Positions 39,217 to 47,819 of a stretch of DNA of 64,000 bases are shown here, piece after piece (positions within the stretch are counted from its first letter, which is position 1; every line of letters starts with the position of its first letter). This stretch comes from a virus, in IMG/VR virus record IMGVR_UViG_3300036781_000275, positions 9,324 to 73,323 of that record; one strand, given 5' to 3'. The notes below the pieces were generated by a model that was given only the letters and a program-made list of their open reading frames with translations, searched no databases and was not told where the DNA came from. A program made the position numbers and the translations under genes.

Positions 39217-40247
39217 TACTTGGTTTCTCCAGAGAGAAGTTGACCCAGCTCGCCAGAGCTGAGTTTGATGAAATCGGCTGTCTGTGTGATCGCGGGGTTC
39301 CGCCGGCTTGCATCGCGCGCCAGCAGCGCCGCGAACTCGCCGTGTTGCGCATCGATCAAGCGTTGCGCGTACAGCGCGACTCGACCGAAGTTGGTGGGCG
39401 TCGCCTTGGTCGCGAGCGCCGTGGTGATCGCATAGAGCGCCGCGGGCTTTTCAGGAATCGGCGCGACGTCGGGATTGAGCAGCACCATGTCGATGCTCGG
39501 CAACTCTTTGAAAAGTTGCAGGAAGCCGCGCAGCTCGACCGCCGCGCCATCGCCAACCGCTCCAGCAAGCGCCGCCTGCTCCACGGCCGCCGGCAAATTC
39601 ATTCCGAGCACGCGGGCCGCGTTCGACCATGTGCGCGGCGTCGGACTGTTCGTGAGATCAGCGCTCGCCTTGAACTGGCTCAGCAGCTCCGGGCGGAAGC
39701 GTAGGAAGGCAATCAGCTCGGCCGGAATGTGCGACTGCGTGAATGCCCACTGGCACCACTCATCAAGATCGGCCTCCAGCTCGACGATCGCCGTGAAGCG
39801 CGACTTGACCGGTTCGAGAATGCCGCTGACGCCGGCCTTGTCGGTGCGACGATTCGTTGCCGCGATGAATGTCACACAGTCGGGCAATTTGTGCCCGTTG
39901 ACTCGGCGCGCAAGCAGGAGCTGCATGAAACTGGCCTGCACCGCCGGCGTTGCCTGTCCGAGATCATCGAGAAACCACACGGTCGGTGCGGTCGCGTTGA
40001 TCGCGCGCGCCAATTCGCCGAACGGGAGAAAGTGTGCGGACTGCTCGTCTTTGCCGACCCACGGCAAGCCCTTGACGTCGGTGGGATCCGATACGGCGGG
40101 ATGGCTCAGGATCAGCTCGGCACCGACCGCCGTGGCGGCCTTGGCCACGATGTCAGATTTGCCGATGCCCGGCGCGCCCGTGATGAGGACCGGCTGTCGT
40201 GCGGCGATCGCACTGCCCAGCAGGGTAGAAAGTTCCGATGGTTTCAT
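39216..40247 (-). CDS. MoxR-like AAA+ ATPase
   Basis: GAPGIGKS, FLDDLGQA, AATNR, SRF, PTPRTW. Confidence 0.88.
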   Translation of the reverse strand: MKPSELSTLLGSAIAARQPVLITGAPGIGKSDIVAKAATAVGAELILSHPAVSDPTDVKGLPWVGKDEQSAHFLPFGELARAINATAPTVWFLDDLGQATPAVQASFMQLLLARRVNGHKLPDCVTFIAATNRRTDKAGVSGILEPVKSRFTAIVELEADLDEWCQWAFTQSHIPAELIAFLRFRPELLSQFKASADLTNSPTPRTWSNAARVLGMNLPAAVEQAALAGAVGDGAAVELRGFLQLFKELPSIDMVLLNPDVAPIPEKPAALYAITTALATKATPTNFGRVALYAQRLIDAQHGEFAALLARDASRRNPAITQTADFIKLSSGELGQLLSGETK

Positions 40248-40294
40248 GCGTTGACTCCTCGTTGGAAGTGGAATGTTGTCGTGCTTCGCGTAGC

Positions 40295-40308
40295 CTAACG
40301 GGTGTTAG
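40295..40308. promoter_or_regulatory. palindromic operator CTAACGGGTGTTAG
   Basis: Part of ~29-bp direct repeat with 40599-40627. Confidence 0.8.
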
Positions 40309-40562
40309 GTCGTGGGCGCAAGGGGGGTAATGATCGAGCGCGGCGCAGTGAAGACCATGAACTGTCGGTGGCCCGTCTCCAGCACGACGACCGGGCAGCC
40401 GTCGCGGTCGAACACTGGCACCGACTGGCTGTAGCGGTACGGCTGGTATGGGTAGAGATGGCTCGGCGCTTCGCCGATGGGCTCAGCGCTCAACTCGGCG
40501 CAAAAGCGGGCATGCGCCGAGTATCCGCGCAGCGTCTTGATTTTGGTAGGGGTCGTGTTCAT
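40305..40562 (-). CDS. hypothetical protein flanked by direct repeats
   Basis: Conserved leader; stop codon lies inside downstream operator. Confidence 0.55.
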   Translation of the reverse strand: MNTTPTKIKTLRGYSAHARFCAELSAEPIGEAPSHLYPYQPYRYSQSVPVFDRDGCPVVVLETGHRQFMVFTAPRSIITPLAPTT

Positions 40563-40600
40563 GGCGTTGCCTCCACGTTGGGAAGGTTGATGCGTGAAGC

Positions 40601-40614
40601 CTAACGGGTGTTAG
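40601..40614. promoter_or_regulatory. palindromic operator CTAACGGGTGTTAG
   Basis: Within TTGCGC-16-TAGGCT promoter. Confidence 0.8.
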
Positions 40615-40850
40615 GTCGTGGCGCAAGTGGGCGCAGTGGCGCGCATCGCGAGCCGCGCGAGGATCGACTCGGTGGACTCCATTTCGCGCGCCTCGCCGCC
40701 GAAAGTTTTGGCGTAGTCTTTCGCGCGCGCCTCTGTGATGTTGACCATGTGCTGCGAGATGAACTGGCCCGTCCACTCCCACGTTTTCGGTTCGGGTCCG
40801 CTCATGCGCGCAGCGAGATCGCGGAAGTACTGGAGTGTTGCCTCGGTCAT
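40611..40850 (-). CDS. hypothetical protein
   Basis: Conserved leader at ~40854-40873. Confidence 0.55.
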   Translation of the reverse strand: MTEATLQYFRDLAARMSGPEPKTWEWTGQFISQHMVNITEARAKDYAKTFGGEAREMESTESILARLAMRATAPTCATT

Positions 40851-40882
40851 TATCGTTGCCCTCTCGTTGGAAGGTTGGGGGT

Positions 40883-41356
40883 TTAGTGCTGTTCGTCGTT
40901 GTTGATCACGACCACTGTGTCCGTCTCGCGGCTCACGATGTCGAAGCTCGTTGCGATGTCGCGAGATTTTTCGGTCAGAATCTGCGCCGGCACCGTCCGT
41001 GCGCGCTGCGCATTGCGTACCATCGCCGTGTTCAGCGAGCAAACCACGTAGCATAGCTCGGTCGTGAAGCCGGCCGCGCGCGCATCGCGAATGCGCCGCG
41101 TCATGCGCTCGGCGTTCGTGCCAGTGCCGTCGATGATCCAGTTACCGGCCTTGCCCGCCACCGCCGCCGCGAACTGCTGCTCGGCGATTTCCATCGAGTA
41201 GTTGTGCAGGGGAGCCGGGTTTTTCGGATCGTAATCCGGGTGTGCCGCTTTGATCGCGTCGGGATCGATCACGGTGAATCCTTCGTAGCGCGCCCGTCCA
41301 ACTGTGCTCTTGCCAGCGGCCGGAAGCCCCATGAGAAAGATCATCGTTGCCGTCAT
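40883..41356 (-). CDS. P-loop kinase (AAA_33/zeta-toxin-like)
   Basis: GLPAAGKST, IDPD, IIDGT, RN.QR.R.VP. Confidence 0.8.
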   Translation of the reverse strand: MTATMIFLMGLPAAGKSTVGRARYEGFTVIDPDAIKAAHPDYDPKNPAPLHNYSMEIAEQQFAAAVAGKAGNWIIDGTGTNAERMTRRIRDARAAGFTTELCYVVCSLNTAMVRNAQRARTVPAQILTEKSRDIATSFDIVSRETDTVVVINNDEQH

Positions 41357-41386
41357 GTCGTTGTCTCCGCGTTGGAAGATCAGTGA

Positions 41387-41467
41387 GCCCTGCCCGATGA
41401 GAGAAAGCTAACACCTGTTAGGTCCGTGTCAAGCCCTCACGTAAAACATTGATTCTGGCACAGTTAG
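41387..41467 (-). repeat. 81-bp promoter module copy C (palindrome 41408-41421)
   Basis: Near-identical to copy A. Confidence 0.9.
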
Positions 41468-41919
41468 CGAGTCTTGCGCCGGAACTGGGTGGGGCGGCCG
41501 GGTCGTTTCGTCGGTTCCTTGCGGTATCCCTTGCTCGCCCATCGCGCGACGAGCTGCCGGCAATGATCAAGGCTGTTCGATATTCTCCCGCCCAACATGA
41601 CCGCATGCGTGGCGTGCAGGTCATCGAACGTGCCACAGATCGCGAGCACGCCCGCGTCGAGCCGCGCGACGAGAAACTCGTGCTGCGCGCGCGTCAACTG
41701 TCCCTTGGCGGCCTTCGCTTCCCACCACAGCGCGTGACCGTACTTGTCGTAATAGCGATCGCTCACGCCTTTCGTCATGCCAATCACGTGCATCGGGAGC
41801 GAGAACTCAACGCGCGAGAACCCGGCACGCAACATGTAGTCGTCGCCGAGCTGCTCCTCGTCGGTCTCGCTGCGCACGCGTGGTTTCGCGAAGTCGGGGA
41901 GCGGTGGCATGTCGCTCAT
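41464..41919 (-). CDS. VRR-NUC-like nuclease
   Basis: GVSD...WWEAK...G.LT..Q..F. Confidence 0.65.
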   Translation of the reverse strand: MSDMPPLPDFAKPRVRSETDEEQLGDDYMLRAGFSRVEFSLPMHVIGMTKGVSDRYYDKYGHALWWEAKAAKGQLTRAQHEFLVARLDAGVLAICGTFDDLHATHAVMLGGRISNSLDHCRQLVARWASKGYRKEPTKRPGRPTQFRRKTR

Positions 41920-42455
41920 TTCAGGCATACGGTCGCTCCCTTTCGCCATGGGGCGCGTTCTCTGAACCGAGCCAGCTCGGTCTCGCTGACAGCCCACCCG
42001 TCGTCGTTCGCAGCCATGACTTCTACCTGCACCTTCACCTCATCGCGTAGCCGATCTAACTGCATCTTCATGCGATAGTCAGTCTTAAATCGCGACGTAA
42101 CTCGCTCATCGAGCGCTTTGATCGCCGCCGTCATGGCCGGTTTCACGCCTGTTCCCATTAGCTCGGCGAAACGCACAGGATCGCGTGACGTCATGCCTGC
42201 GAATGCGTACGCCGCATAGTCGCATCGCGGCATGTCCCGTGCAAGAACGCTGAACCTGACTTCGCGCCACTGATCGAGCGTGACGGAATCGCGCAGCGGC
42301 GTGAAACCCGGCACGAGCAGCCGCCGTGGCGCGGCGCGCTCCAGCGCTTCGAGCAAGCTTGGCACTACCAGCAGTCCAGCGCCGACCGCGGCCGTGATCT
42401 TCGCCGACGTCAGCAGGAATCTGCGCCGGCTCTGCACGAGATCAAATTCTCTCAT
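41916..42455 (-). CDS. protein with twin-arginine-like signal
   Basis: SRRRFLL followed by hydrophobic stretch. Confidence 0.5.
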   Translation of the reverse strand: MREFDLVQSRRRFLLTSAKITAAVGAGLLVVPSLLEALERAAPRRLLVPGFTPLRDSVTLDQWREVRFSVLARDMPRCDYAAYAFAGMTSRDPVRFAELMGTGVKPAMTAAIKALDERVTSRFKTDYRMKMQLDRLRDEVKVQVEVMAANDDGWAVSETELARFRERAPWRKGATVCLK

Positions 42456-42476
42456 CGTGTTCCCTCGGTGTGAAGG

Positions 42477-42549
42477 TATGCCGTGAGGGACTCGAACCCT
42501 CGACCTTCCGATTAAAAGTCGAATGCTCTACCTGTTGAGCTACCGGCGC
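42477..42549 (-). tRNA. tRNA-Lys(UUU) with imperfect acceptor stem
   Basis: GCGCCGG TA GCTC..GAGC A TTCGA CTTTTAA TCGGA ..GAGGG TTCGAGT CCCTC ACGGCAT A; two acceptor mismatches, no encoded CCA. Confidence 0.8.
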
Positions 42550-42557
42550 TGACGTGC

Positions 42558-42845
42558 TCAAATGCCACGGATCGAGCGGAGGACTCGCCGATCTTTCCGT
42601 TCGGCGTCAAACAGGTCCACTTCTCGCTGCACATTGAGCCAGAACTGAACTGACGTGTTCAGCGCCTTCGATAGGCGTAGCGCCACCGCCGCCGTGACCT
42701 GTGCGCGGCCTCGCACGATGTTGCGAACACGATGAGCTGGAAACTTCATGCGGGCCGCTAAGCCTTTCTGCGTTAGATCAGGATGTTCGCGAATGTAATT
42801 GCCGAGCACTTCGCCCGGCGTTGGCGGCCGTACCGGTCTTCTCAT
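42558..42845 (-). CDS. higA: HigA-family antitoxin (orphan)
   Basis: PTPGEVL..., LTQ..LA, I..G...VT...ALRL.KAL.TS.QFWLN.Q...DL. Confidence 0.85.
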   Translation of the reverse strand: MRRPVRPPTPGEVLGNYIREHPDLTQKGLAARMKFPAHRVRNIVRGRAQVTAAVALRLSKALNTSVQFWLNVQREVDLFDAERKDRRVLRSIRGI

Positions 42846-42870
42846 GTCGCGCTCCACGGAGTGTGTTCTG

Positions 42871-43341
42871 TCATTCGCCGCGCACGTCGAGCGGCTTGCC
42901 GTCCCGCATGTACCGGAAGAATCTGACACGGACCATCACATCATCACCGAGCCCCGGCCGATAATTCCCCTCATGCAAAAAGTCGTCCGCTACCGCAACC
43001 CACCCTGCGCGATCTCGCCGATTCTCCAGCAACACACTCTCGATATACGCGGCCGTCTCCGTGCTCGGCTGCCGCGTCCCACCAGCGTCAACCGTGAATT
43101 GCACTCGTGATTTGCGAATCACGAGATCGCGTTCTTCGAGTTCACGCGTCGCGCCCAGCAGCGCTAAGTGCTCGACATCGCACGTCAGCAACTGCACGCT
43201 GCGCGTCATGATGATCTCCGCGAGCTGCGACGCCAGCATCGTAAACTGAATGAAATCAGCGCGGCTCTGTTCGTCCTGCACGCTGAATACGATGCTGCCG
43301 CCGGCGGTCGCGTGAATGGATACGTTCGTGAGAAGTCTCAT
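42871..43341 (-). CDS. hypothetical protein (near-leaderless)
   Basis: ATG 8 nt after -10-like TAGGTT overlapping degenerate operator 43353-43366. Confidence 0.5.
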   Translation of the reverse strand: MRLLTNVSIHATAGGSIVFSVQDEQSRADFIQFTMLASQLAEIIMTRSVQLLTCDVEHLALLGATRELEERDLVIRKSRVQFTVDAGGTRQPSTETAAYIESVLLENRRDRAGWVAVADDFLHEGNYRPGLGDDVMVRVRFFRYMRDGKPLDVRGE

Positions 43342-43446
43342 GGCACGCAAACCTAACACATGTGAGGACAGGCACGGAAGGCTTCGAGGATCTCCACATT
43401 CCCACGCGGTTGTTCTGGTAGTGCCAGTTAGTCGACACACCGGAAC

Positions 43447-43650
43447 CAGTAACTGTAATAGTAGCGTGGATAAGCGTGGATAACTCTGTAACTGATTGCG
43501 GTTGCTAACGTTGACGCTGATTTACTTCTGTGGAAATCGTGTGCATAACGTGTCGACAAGTCCGGTTGTCCACTCACCGTGAGGCGCGCGCCGCGGGCGA
43601 GGTGGAGAACGGGAGCGGATCCACAAGTAATCCACCGAGTTGTCAACAGT
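43447..43650. other. oriC-like replication origin: DnaA-trios plus cluster of DnaA boxes
   Basis: CAG TAA CTG TAA TAG TAG directly followed by CGTGGATAA x2; TGTGCATAA, TGTGGAAAT, TTGTCCACT and further degenerate boxes; AT-richer intergenic region. Confidence 0.7.
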
Positions 43651-43658
43651 CGTGCGGG

Positions 43659-44126
43659 TCAATACGGCCAGCATTCAACGCGGCGCGGCACACTGGCCGC
43701 TTCCTCCGCGCTCGATGCTACGCGGATCGGCCCCATAGGCACGTGAAACCTGACGGGCTCGCGCTGGCCAGTCGTGATGTCGCGCACGAGCACGCAGACC
43801 ACGCGGCGCGCCAACCACTCGTGGTCCTTCGGGTCATAGATCTTCTCTCCGAATAGCACGAACGGCCGCCGCTCTTCGTGGTACAGCTTCCTGAGAGCGC
43901 TCTCCGCCACGCTGCGCACCATGTGATAAATCGCGTCTTCGTCTGCATTCACATTCGCGAGGAAATCAACCGTGAACGTGCATGGCAGTTCGCGCGGAGA
44001 TCGATCGACCACGTTCCCGCTGAGCTGGATCCAGTACCGTACGGAGAGCACGTTGTCGATCAATTCGATGCGCCGCCCCAGTTTGCCGACGATGCTATGC
44101 TCGCCCGGATACGTACCGACGCTCAC
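43659..44126 (-). CDS. hypothetical protein
   Basis: HE...F.LFGEKIYDP motif. Confidence 0.5.
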   Translation of the reverse strand: MSVGTYPGEHSIVGKLGRRIELIDNVLSVRYWIQLSGNVVDRSPRELPCTFTVDFLANVNADEDAIYHMVRSVAESALRKLYHEERRPFVLFGEKIYDPKDHEWLARRVVCVLVRDITTGQREPVRFHVPMGPIRVASSAEEAASVPRRVECWPY

Positions 44127-44458
44127 CCGATGGCACCGGTTCCGAAAACCCGGTGCTGTGCGCCCAGATTGCCCGTGGAGAGCCGATCGCGCCCTGACCG
44201 GTAGAGGAGTCCCATCTTGACCAGTTCGGCCCGCCGCGAGCGAATGCCGCTCGCCGTCTGTGCGACTAGCGCCACCCCGGTCTCCCGGTGTTTCAGATAG
44301 AGCGAGATGGCTTGCTCGTCCGTGAGCGGCGCTTTCGCGTCGACGAACACGTACAGCACGTCGCGATGCGATTGCAGCAGCTTGAGGCCGCGATACGGGT
44401 CGAGCTGGAGCGGGAGCTGCGCCGGGTCATCCGGCGCAGCAAGTTTCGCGGATCCCAC
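44123..44458 (-). CDS. winged-helix DNA-binding protein
   Basis: LTDEQ...SGIRSRRAELVKMGL...SG.......G. Confidence 0.6.
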   Translation of the reverse strand: MGSAKLAAPDDPAQLPLQLDPYRGLKLLQSHRDVLYVFVDAKAPLTDEQAISLYLKHRETGVALVAQTASGIRSRRAELVKMGLLYRSGRDRLSTGNLGAQHRVFGTGAIG

Positions 44459-44461
44459 GGC

Positions 44462-45400
44462 TCAGCGCGGACGTGTCACGTTGTAATACTGCGACAGCCC
44501 CTGCACGTGGTACGGCGCGATGATCCGCGCGAGTGCCCGCGTCCCGTCGACGTCGCCGAAGTTGTACGTGATGATGTCCTCGTGCTTGCCGGCCAGATAG
44601 GCCGCGTATACCTCGCTCCCGTGCATGCCCGCCTTACCGGGCAACCCGAACGCGGCAAGCCACTCGTCGAGTTTCCCGGTCGCCCGCATGTCCCAATTCG
44701 AGAGCGCCATGCGCACGTCGAAGTGCGGACAGTGCCGGTAGCGTTGAAACAACGTGCCAAGCTCGAACGGGTTCGGCAACGCCAGCGGCACGGTTAACTC
44801 GTCTGGCAATACGATGCGCTCACCCACCGGGATCTTCGCGACTAGCGCATCGCGCGTGCGCTTGATCTGCCCGCGCAGAATGTGCGAGCGCACCACGCCG
44901 AACGTGAGGTCGAATGCGCCACTGTACGTGACCACGAGCGCTGCGCCGCTGATCTGGCGCAGCATCGAGTCAACGACGCCCGTTTCCTCCTGCTCATCCT
45001 TCGCGTAGAAACACACGCGATCGCGCGCGGTCTCGTCGCGCCAAAAGGTTTCCGGGGTATCCGTGAGCACCGCACAGCTCAGAATGCGGCCCGTGCGCGC
45101 CGACAAGCCCAGTTCGCCCACGCGCTCGGCGCGCTCGACTTCGAGCTTCATCATTCGCTCAACCTGCTTCTCGGCCCACGTGGTTTTATCCGTCTCGCGC
45201 CACGCATCGATCGTGTCTTGCTTCTTGTAGCTCTTCGGTGCCGGCCGGTCCTCTTCGCTGTAGGTCTCCGCGTTGATGACGGCTGACCGCTTCTGAATCT
45301 CCTCGTCGATGCGCGCCACCTCCGCGTTGATCGGGATCGTCTCGATGTCCACGGTACAGATCGCGCCGCCGTGGTACTCGTACTGATTGTCGTACGCCAT
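44462..45400 (-). CDS. 3'-5' exonuclease (DEDD, PolB-related)
   Basis: VDIETIP, TYSGAFD, HFD, Y..GDV. Confidence 0.8.
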   Translation of the reverse strand: MAYDNQYEYHGGAICTVDIETIPINAEVARIDEEIQKRSAVINAETYSEEDRPAPKSYKKQDTIDAWRETDKTTWAEKQVERMMKLEVERAERVGELGLSARTGRILSCAVLTDTPETFWRDETARDRVCFYAKDEQEETGVVDSMLRQISGAALVVTYSGAFDLTFGVVRSHILRGQIKRTRDALVAKIPVGERIVLPDELTVPLALPNPFELGTLFQRYRHCPHFDVRMALSNWDMRATGKLDEWLAAFGLPGKAGMHGSEVYAAYLAGKHEDIITYNFGDVDGTRALARIIAPYHVQGLSQYYNVTRPR

Positions 45401-45445
45401 GTCGTGTGTACTCCGCCGCTGGAGTGAAATAGGTGAGCGCGCAAC

Positions 45446-45459
45446 CTAACAGGTGTTAG
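45446..45459. promoter_or_regulatory. palindromic operator CTAACAGGTGTTAG
   Basis: Upstream of exonuclease. Confidence 0.8.
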
Positions 45460-45477
45460 CGCTCATTCGCAAGCCGC

Positions 45478-46461
45478 TCAGGGATCGTCTTCCGCAAACG
45501 TGGGTGCCAATTCCAGATCGACCTGCTCGGTCTCTAGCGCACCAATAGCGCCCACGTTTTTCACGGCCTGTCGATAGTACGACGGTTTCAGTTCCGCGCC
45601 AACCGCGCGTCGGCCAGCGCTCACTGCGCTATAAACTTCCGAGCCAACGCCCATAAACGGCGTGAGCACCGTCTCGTTTGGATTGGACCAAAGCACAAGG
45701 CACCGATCTATCACGTCGAGCTGCAACGGATGCACGTGCTTCTCGTCTTCGGCATCACGCGCAGCGCGATATGGTAGTACGCGGCCGAGGCGAATGTCAT
45801 CCCAAAACGCTGACGCATATTGTCGCCAGATCCAATGCGAGTAGCGGTTCTCGATTTGGTTGCCGGTCCAGCCGCGATACCGTAGTAACTCAGCCGGCAT
45901 CACGCGTTCTCCCGCGTACTCCATAAGTCCCGTGGGATGCGCAATCGGAATCGTGTTCTGTCCAGAGCGCCTGAACACAAGAAGATAATCGGCCGACGCC
46001 ACCGTGCACCGCGACGAATCTTCCACGATAGACTTATGCGCAAGCGCTTTCGTCATGGTGCGATTGCGCACGGCGAGCGGTTCCTTCCAGATGTGGTAGC
46101 GCGCGACGTAGTGAAAGCCGATCTTCTCGTGGAGGCGAATGATGTCACCGGGAAAATCGGTCAGCGAATCGAGTCCAGTGTTGCCGGTTGGAACGTCCAT
46201 GCAATGCACGGCCGTCATGCGCCCCGGCAGGGTGAGGCGATGGATCTCCCTGACCACAAACTCGTAGTGGGCGAAAAACTCCTCGCGGTTGGCGCAGTTC
46301 GATAGATCGCGGTCGCTGGATGAGTAATGGTAGAGCCCAGCGAACGGCGGAGAATAAATAGACAGATGGATGCTGGAGTCTGGGAGATTCTGCATGACCT
46401 CCATACAGTCGCCAGAATAGAGCGCGTACCTATCGGTGATTACCTGTTCGGCAATAGCCAT
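45478..46461 (-). CDS. DNA amino-methyltransferase (N4-C/N6-A, beta class)
   Basis: GDC, YSPPF, KHVHPLQ, LTPFMGVGS. Confidence 0.9.
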   Translation of the reverse strand: MAIAEQVITDRYALYSGDCMEVMQNLPDSSIHLSIYSPPFAGLYHYSSSDRDLSNCANREEFFAHYEFVVREIHRLTLPGRMTAVHCMDVPTGNTGLDSLTDFPGDIIRLHEKIGFHYVARYHIWKEPLAVRNRTMTKALAHKSIVEDSSRCTVASADYLLVFRRSGQNTIPIAHPTGLMEYAGERVMPAELLRYRGWTGNQIENRYSHWIWRQYASAFWDDIRLGRVLPYRAARDAEDEKHVHPLQLDVIDRCLVLWSNPNETVLTPFMGVGSEVYSAVSAGRRAVGAELKPSYYRQAVKNVGAIGALETEQVDLELAPTFAEDDP

Positions 46462-47819
46462 GATGGTATTTGTGTTGATTCGCTAAATGTGGATTGGCGC
46501 TCGAGCGCCATCTCGTGATTCATATGCTGAACCAACGAGGAGAACATTTGATCGGCGGCCTGTGATTTCCGCTGGAGATTCTGCTTGATCCCTTGCCCGC
46601 CAGCCGTGGTCACAATGTCAACGGTCACCGGCCGGTTCTGCCCGAAGCGCAATGAGCGGCGCACCGCTTGATAGTATGCCTCGAACGAATGCGATGGAAA
46701 AAACGTCATGTGCGCGCAATGCTGCCAGTTTAGGCCCCACGCGCCGATCTTGGGTTTCGTAATAAGCACGCGGATCTGACCGCGCGCAAATCGTAGAAAG
46801 GCGTCCTCTTTCTCGTCGTCAGAATTGGCCCCGCTGATCTCTACAGCGTCGGGGATTAACTGCCGAAGTTGCTTGCCCTCGTCGTTCAGGTGGCACCAGA
46901 CAACGGCGGGCTCGCCCGTATTGTTTACGAGCGATGCCGCACGCTCACAGCGTTCCGCGAGCGTGCGACGTGCTTCTTCGCGTTCTTCCCAGAGTCCATG
47001 CGCTGGGAGATCGAACAGCATGCCTTCGCGCGTATTTCTAGCATCCACGACGTGCTCTTGCTCGATCAATGGCGGTAGCACAAACCGCATGTCGCTAAAC
47101 CCGAGATCGGATGGCCGTCGAATCGCCCGTGCCCACGAGCACACCCACCGCCAAAAATGCTGTTCGGCGTGACCCTTGAATCGCCATTTCGCCGCACCGC
47201 CGTATTGCCGGCCGGTTGCGGAATTGTTCAGATCGTTCTTGAAAAACCGATTCAGCATGTCCATATACCCAAGACACCCGAGCGCTTCGCTCGTCGTCCC
47301 CAGCTCTATGTAGTCGTTCGGGGCGGCAGTCGCCGTGCAGAGTAACCGGTATTGCATTTTCTTCATGAACGCCGTCACGGCCTGTCGTCGCGCGCCGTCA
47401 AATGATTTGATCGCGCTCGATTCATCACAGATCACACCGACATAATCAGCCGGATTGAAATGGTGTAGCCGTTCATAGTTCGTGACTGTGATACCGGCAT
47501 GGCGGGTGCCGTCGATGGACTTGCGCACTTCGATGCCGAACTTGGCCCCCTCCTCAACGGTTTGCGCCGAGACCGCCAGTGGAGTGAGAATCAACACACG
47601 GCCGTTTGTATGCCTGACCACGTTGTCAGCCCATGCCAATTGCATCGGCGTTTTCCCGAGCCCGCAATCCGCGAAGATCGCACCACGTCCCTTGCGGGTA
47701 ATCCATTCGACGAGTGCCGCCTGAAAATCGAACAGGAACCCGTGTGCTGAGGTCGCCGCGAATCCATCCATCGACCCAATCTGGGCTTTCGCATCGAGAA
47801 ACTTCTCGTAGTCCGTCAT
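46440..47819 (-). CDS. SNF2-like superfamily II helicase
   Basis: ADCGLGKT, DESS, TATAAPN, GLNWQ, QAVRR..RFGQ. Confidence 0.88.
   Translation of the reverse strand: MTDYEKFLDAKAQIGSMDGFAATSAHGFLFDFQAALVEWITRKGRGAIFADCGLGKTPMQLAWADNVVRHTNGRVLILTPLAVSAQTVEEGAKFGIEVRKSIDGTRHAGITVTNYERLHHFNPADYVGVICDESSAIKSFDGARRQAVTAFMKKMQYRLLCTATAAPNDYIELGTTSEALGCLGYMDMLNRFFKNDLNNSATGRQYGGAAKWRFKGHAEQHFWRWVCSWARAIRRPSDLGFSDMRFVLPPLIEQEHVVDARNTREGMLFDLPAHGLWEEREEARRTLAERCERAASLVNNTGEPAVVWCHLNDEGKQLRQLIPDAVEISGANSDDEKEDAFLRFARGQIRVLITKPKIGAWGLNWQHCAHMTFFPSHSFEAYYQAVRRSLRFGQNRPVTVDIVTTAGGQGIKQNLQRKSQAADQMFSSLVQHMNHEMALERQSTFSESTQIPSWLLPNR

Noticed and set aside
40883-41356. Epsilon-zeta toxin-antitoxin pair
   Set aside because: Only a short P-loop kinase domain with no evident antitoxin; generic AAA_33 kinase is equally likely
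12377-41467. 81-bp repeats as IS/MITE ends or integron attC sites
   Set aside because: No transposase or integrase, no terminal inverted repeats or target duplications; content is explained by promoter elements
43428-43646. 72-aa ORF across the origin-like region
   Set aside because: Atypical composition and no SD; the sequence is better explained by DnaA boxes and trios
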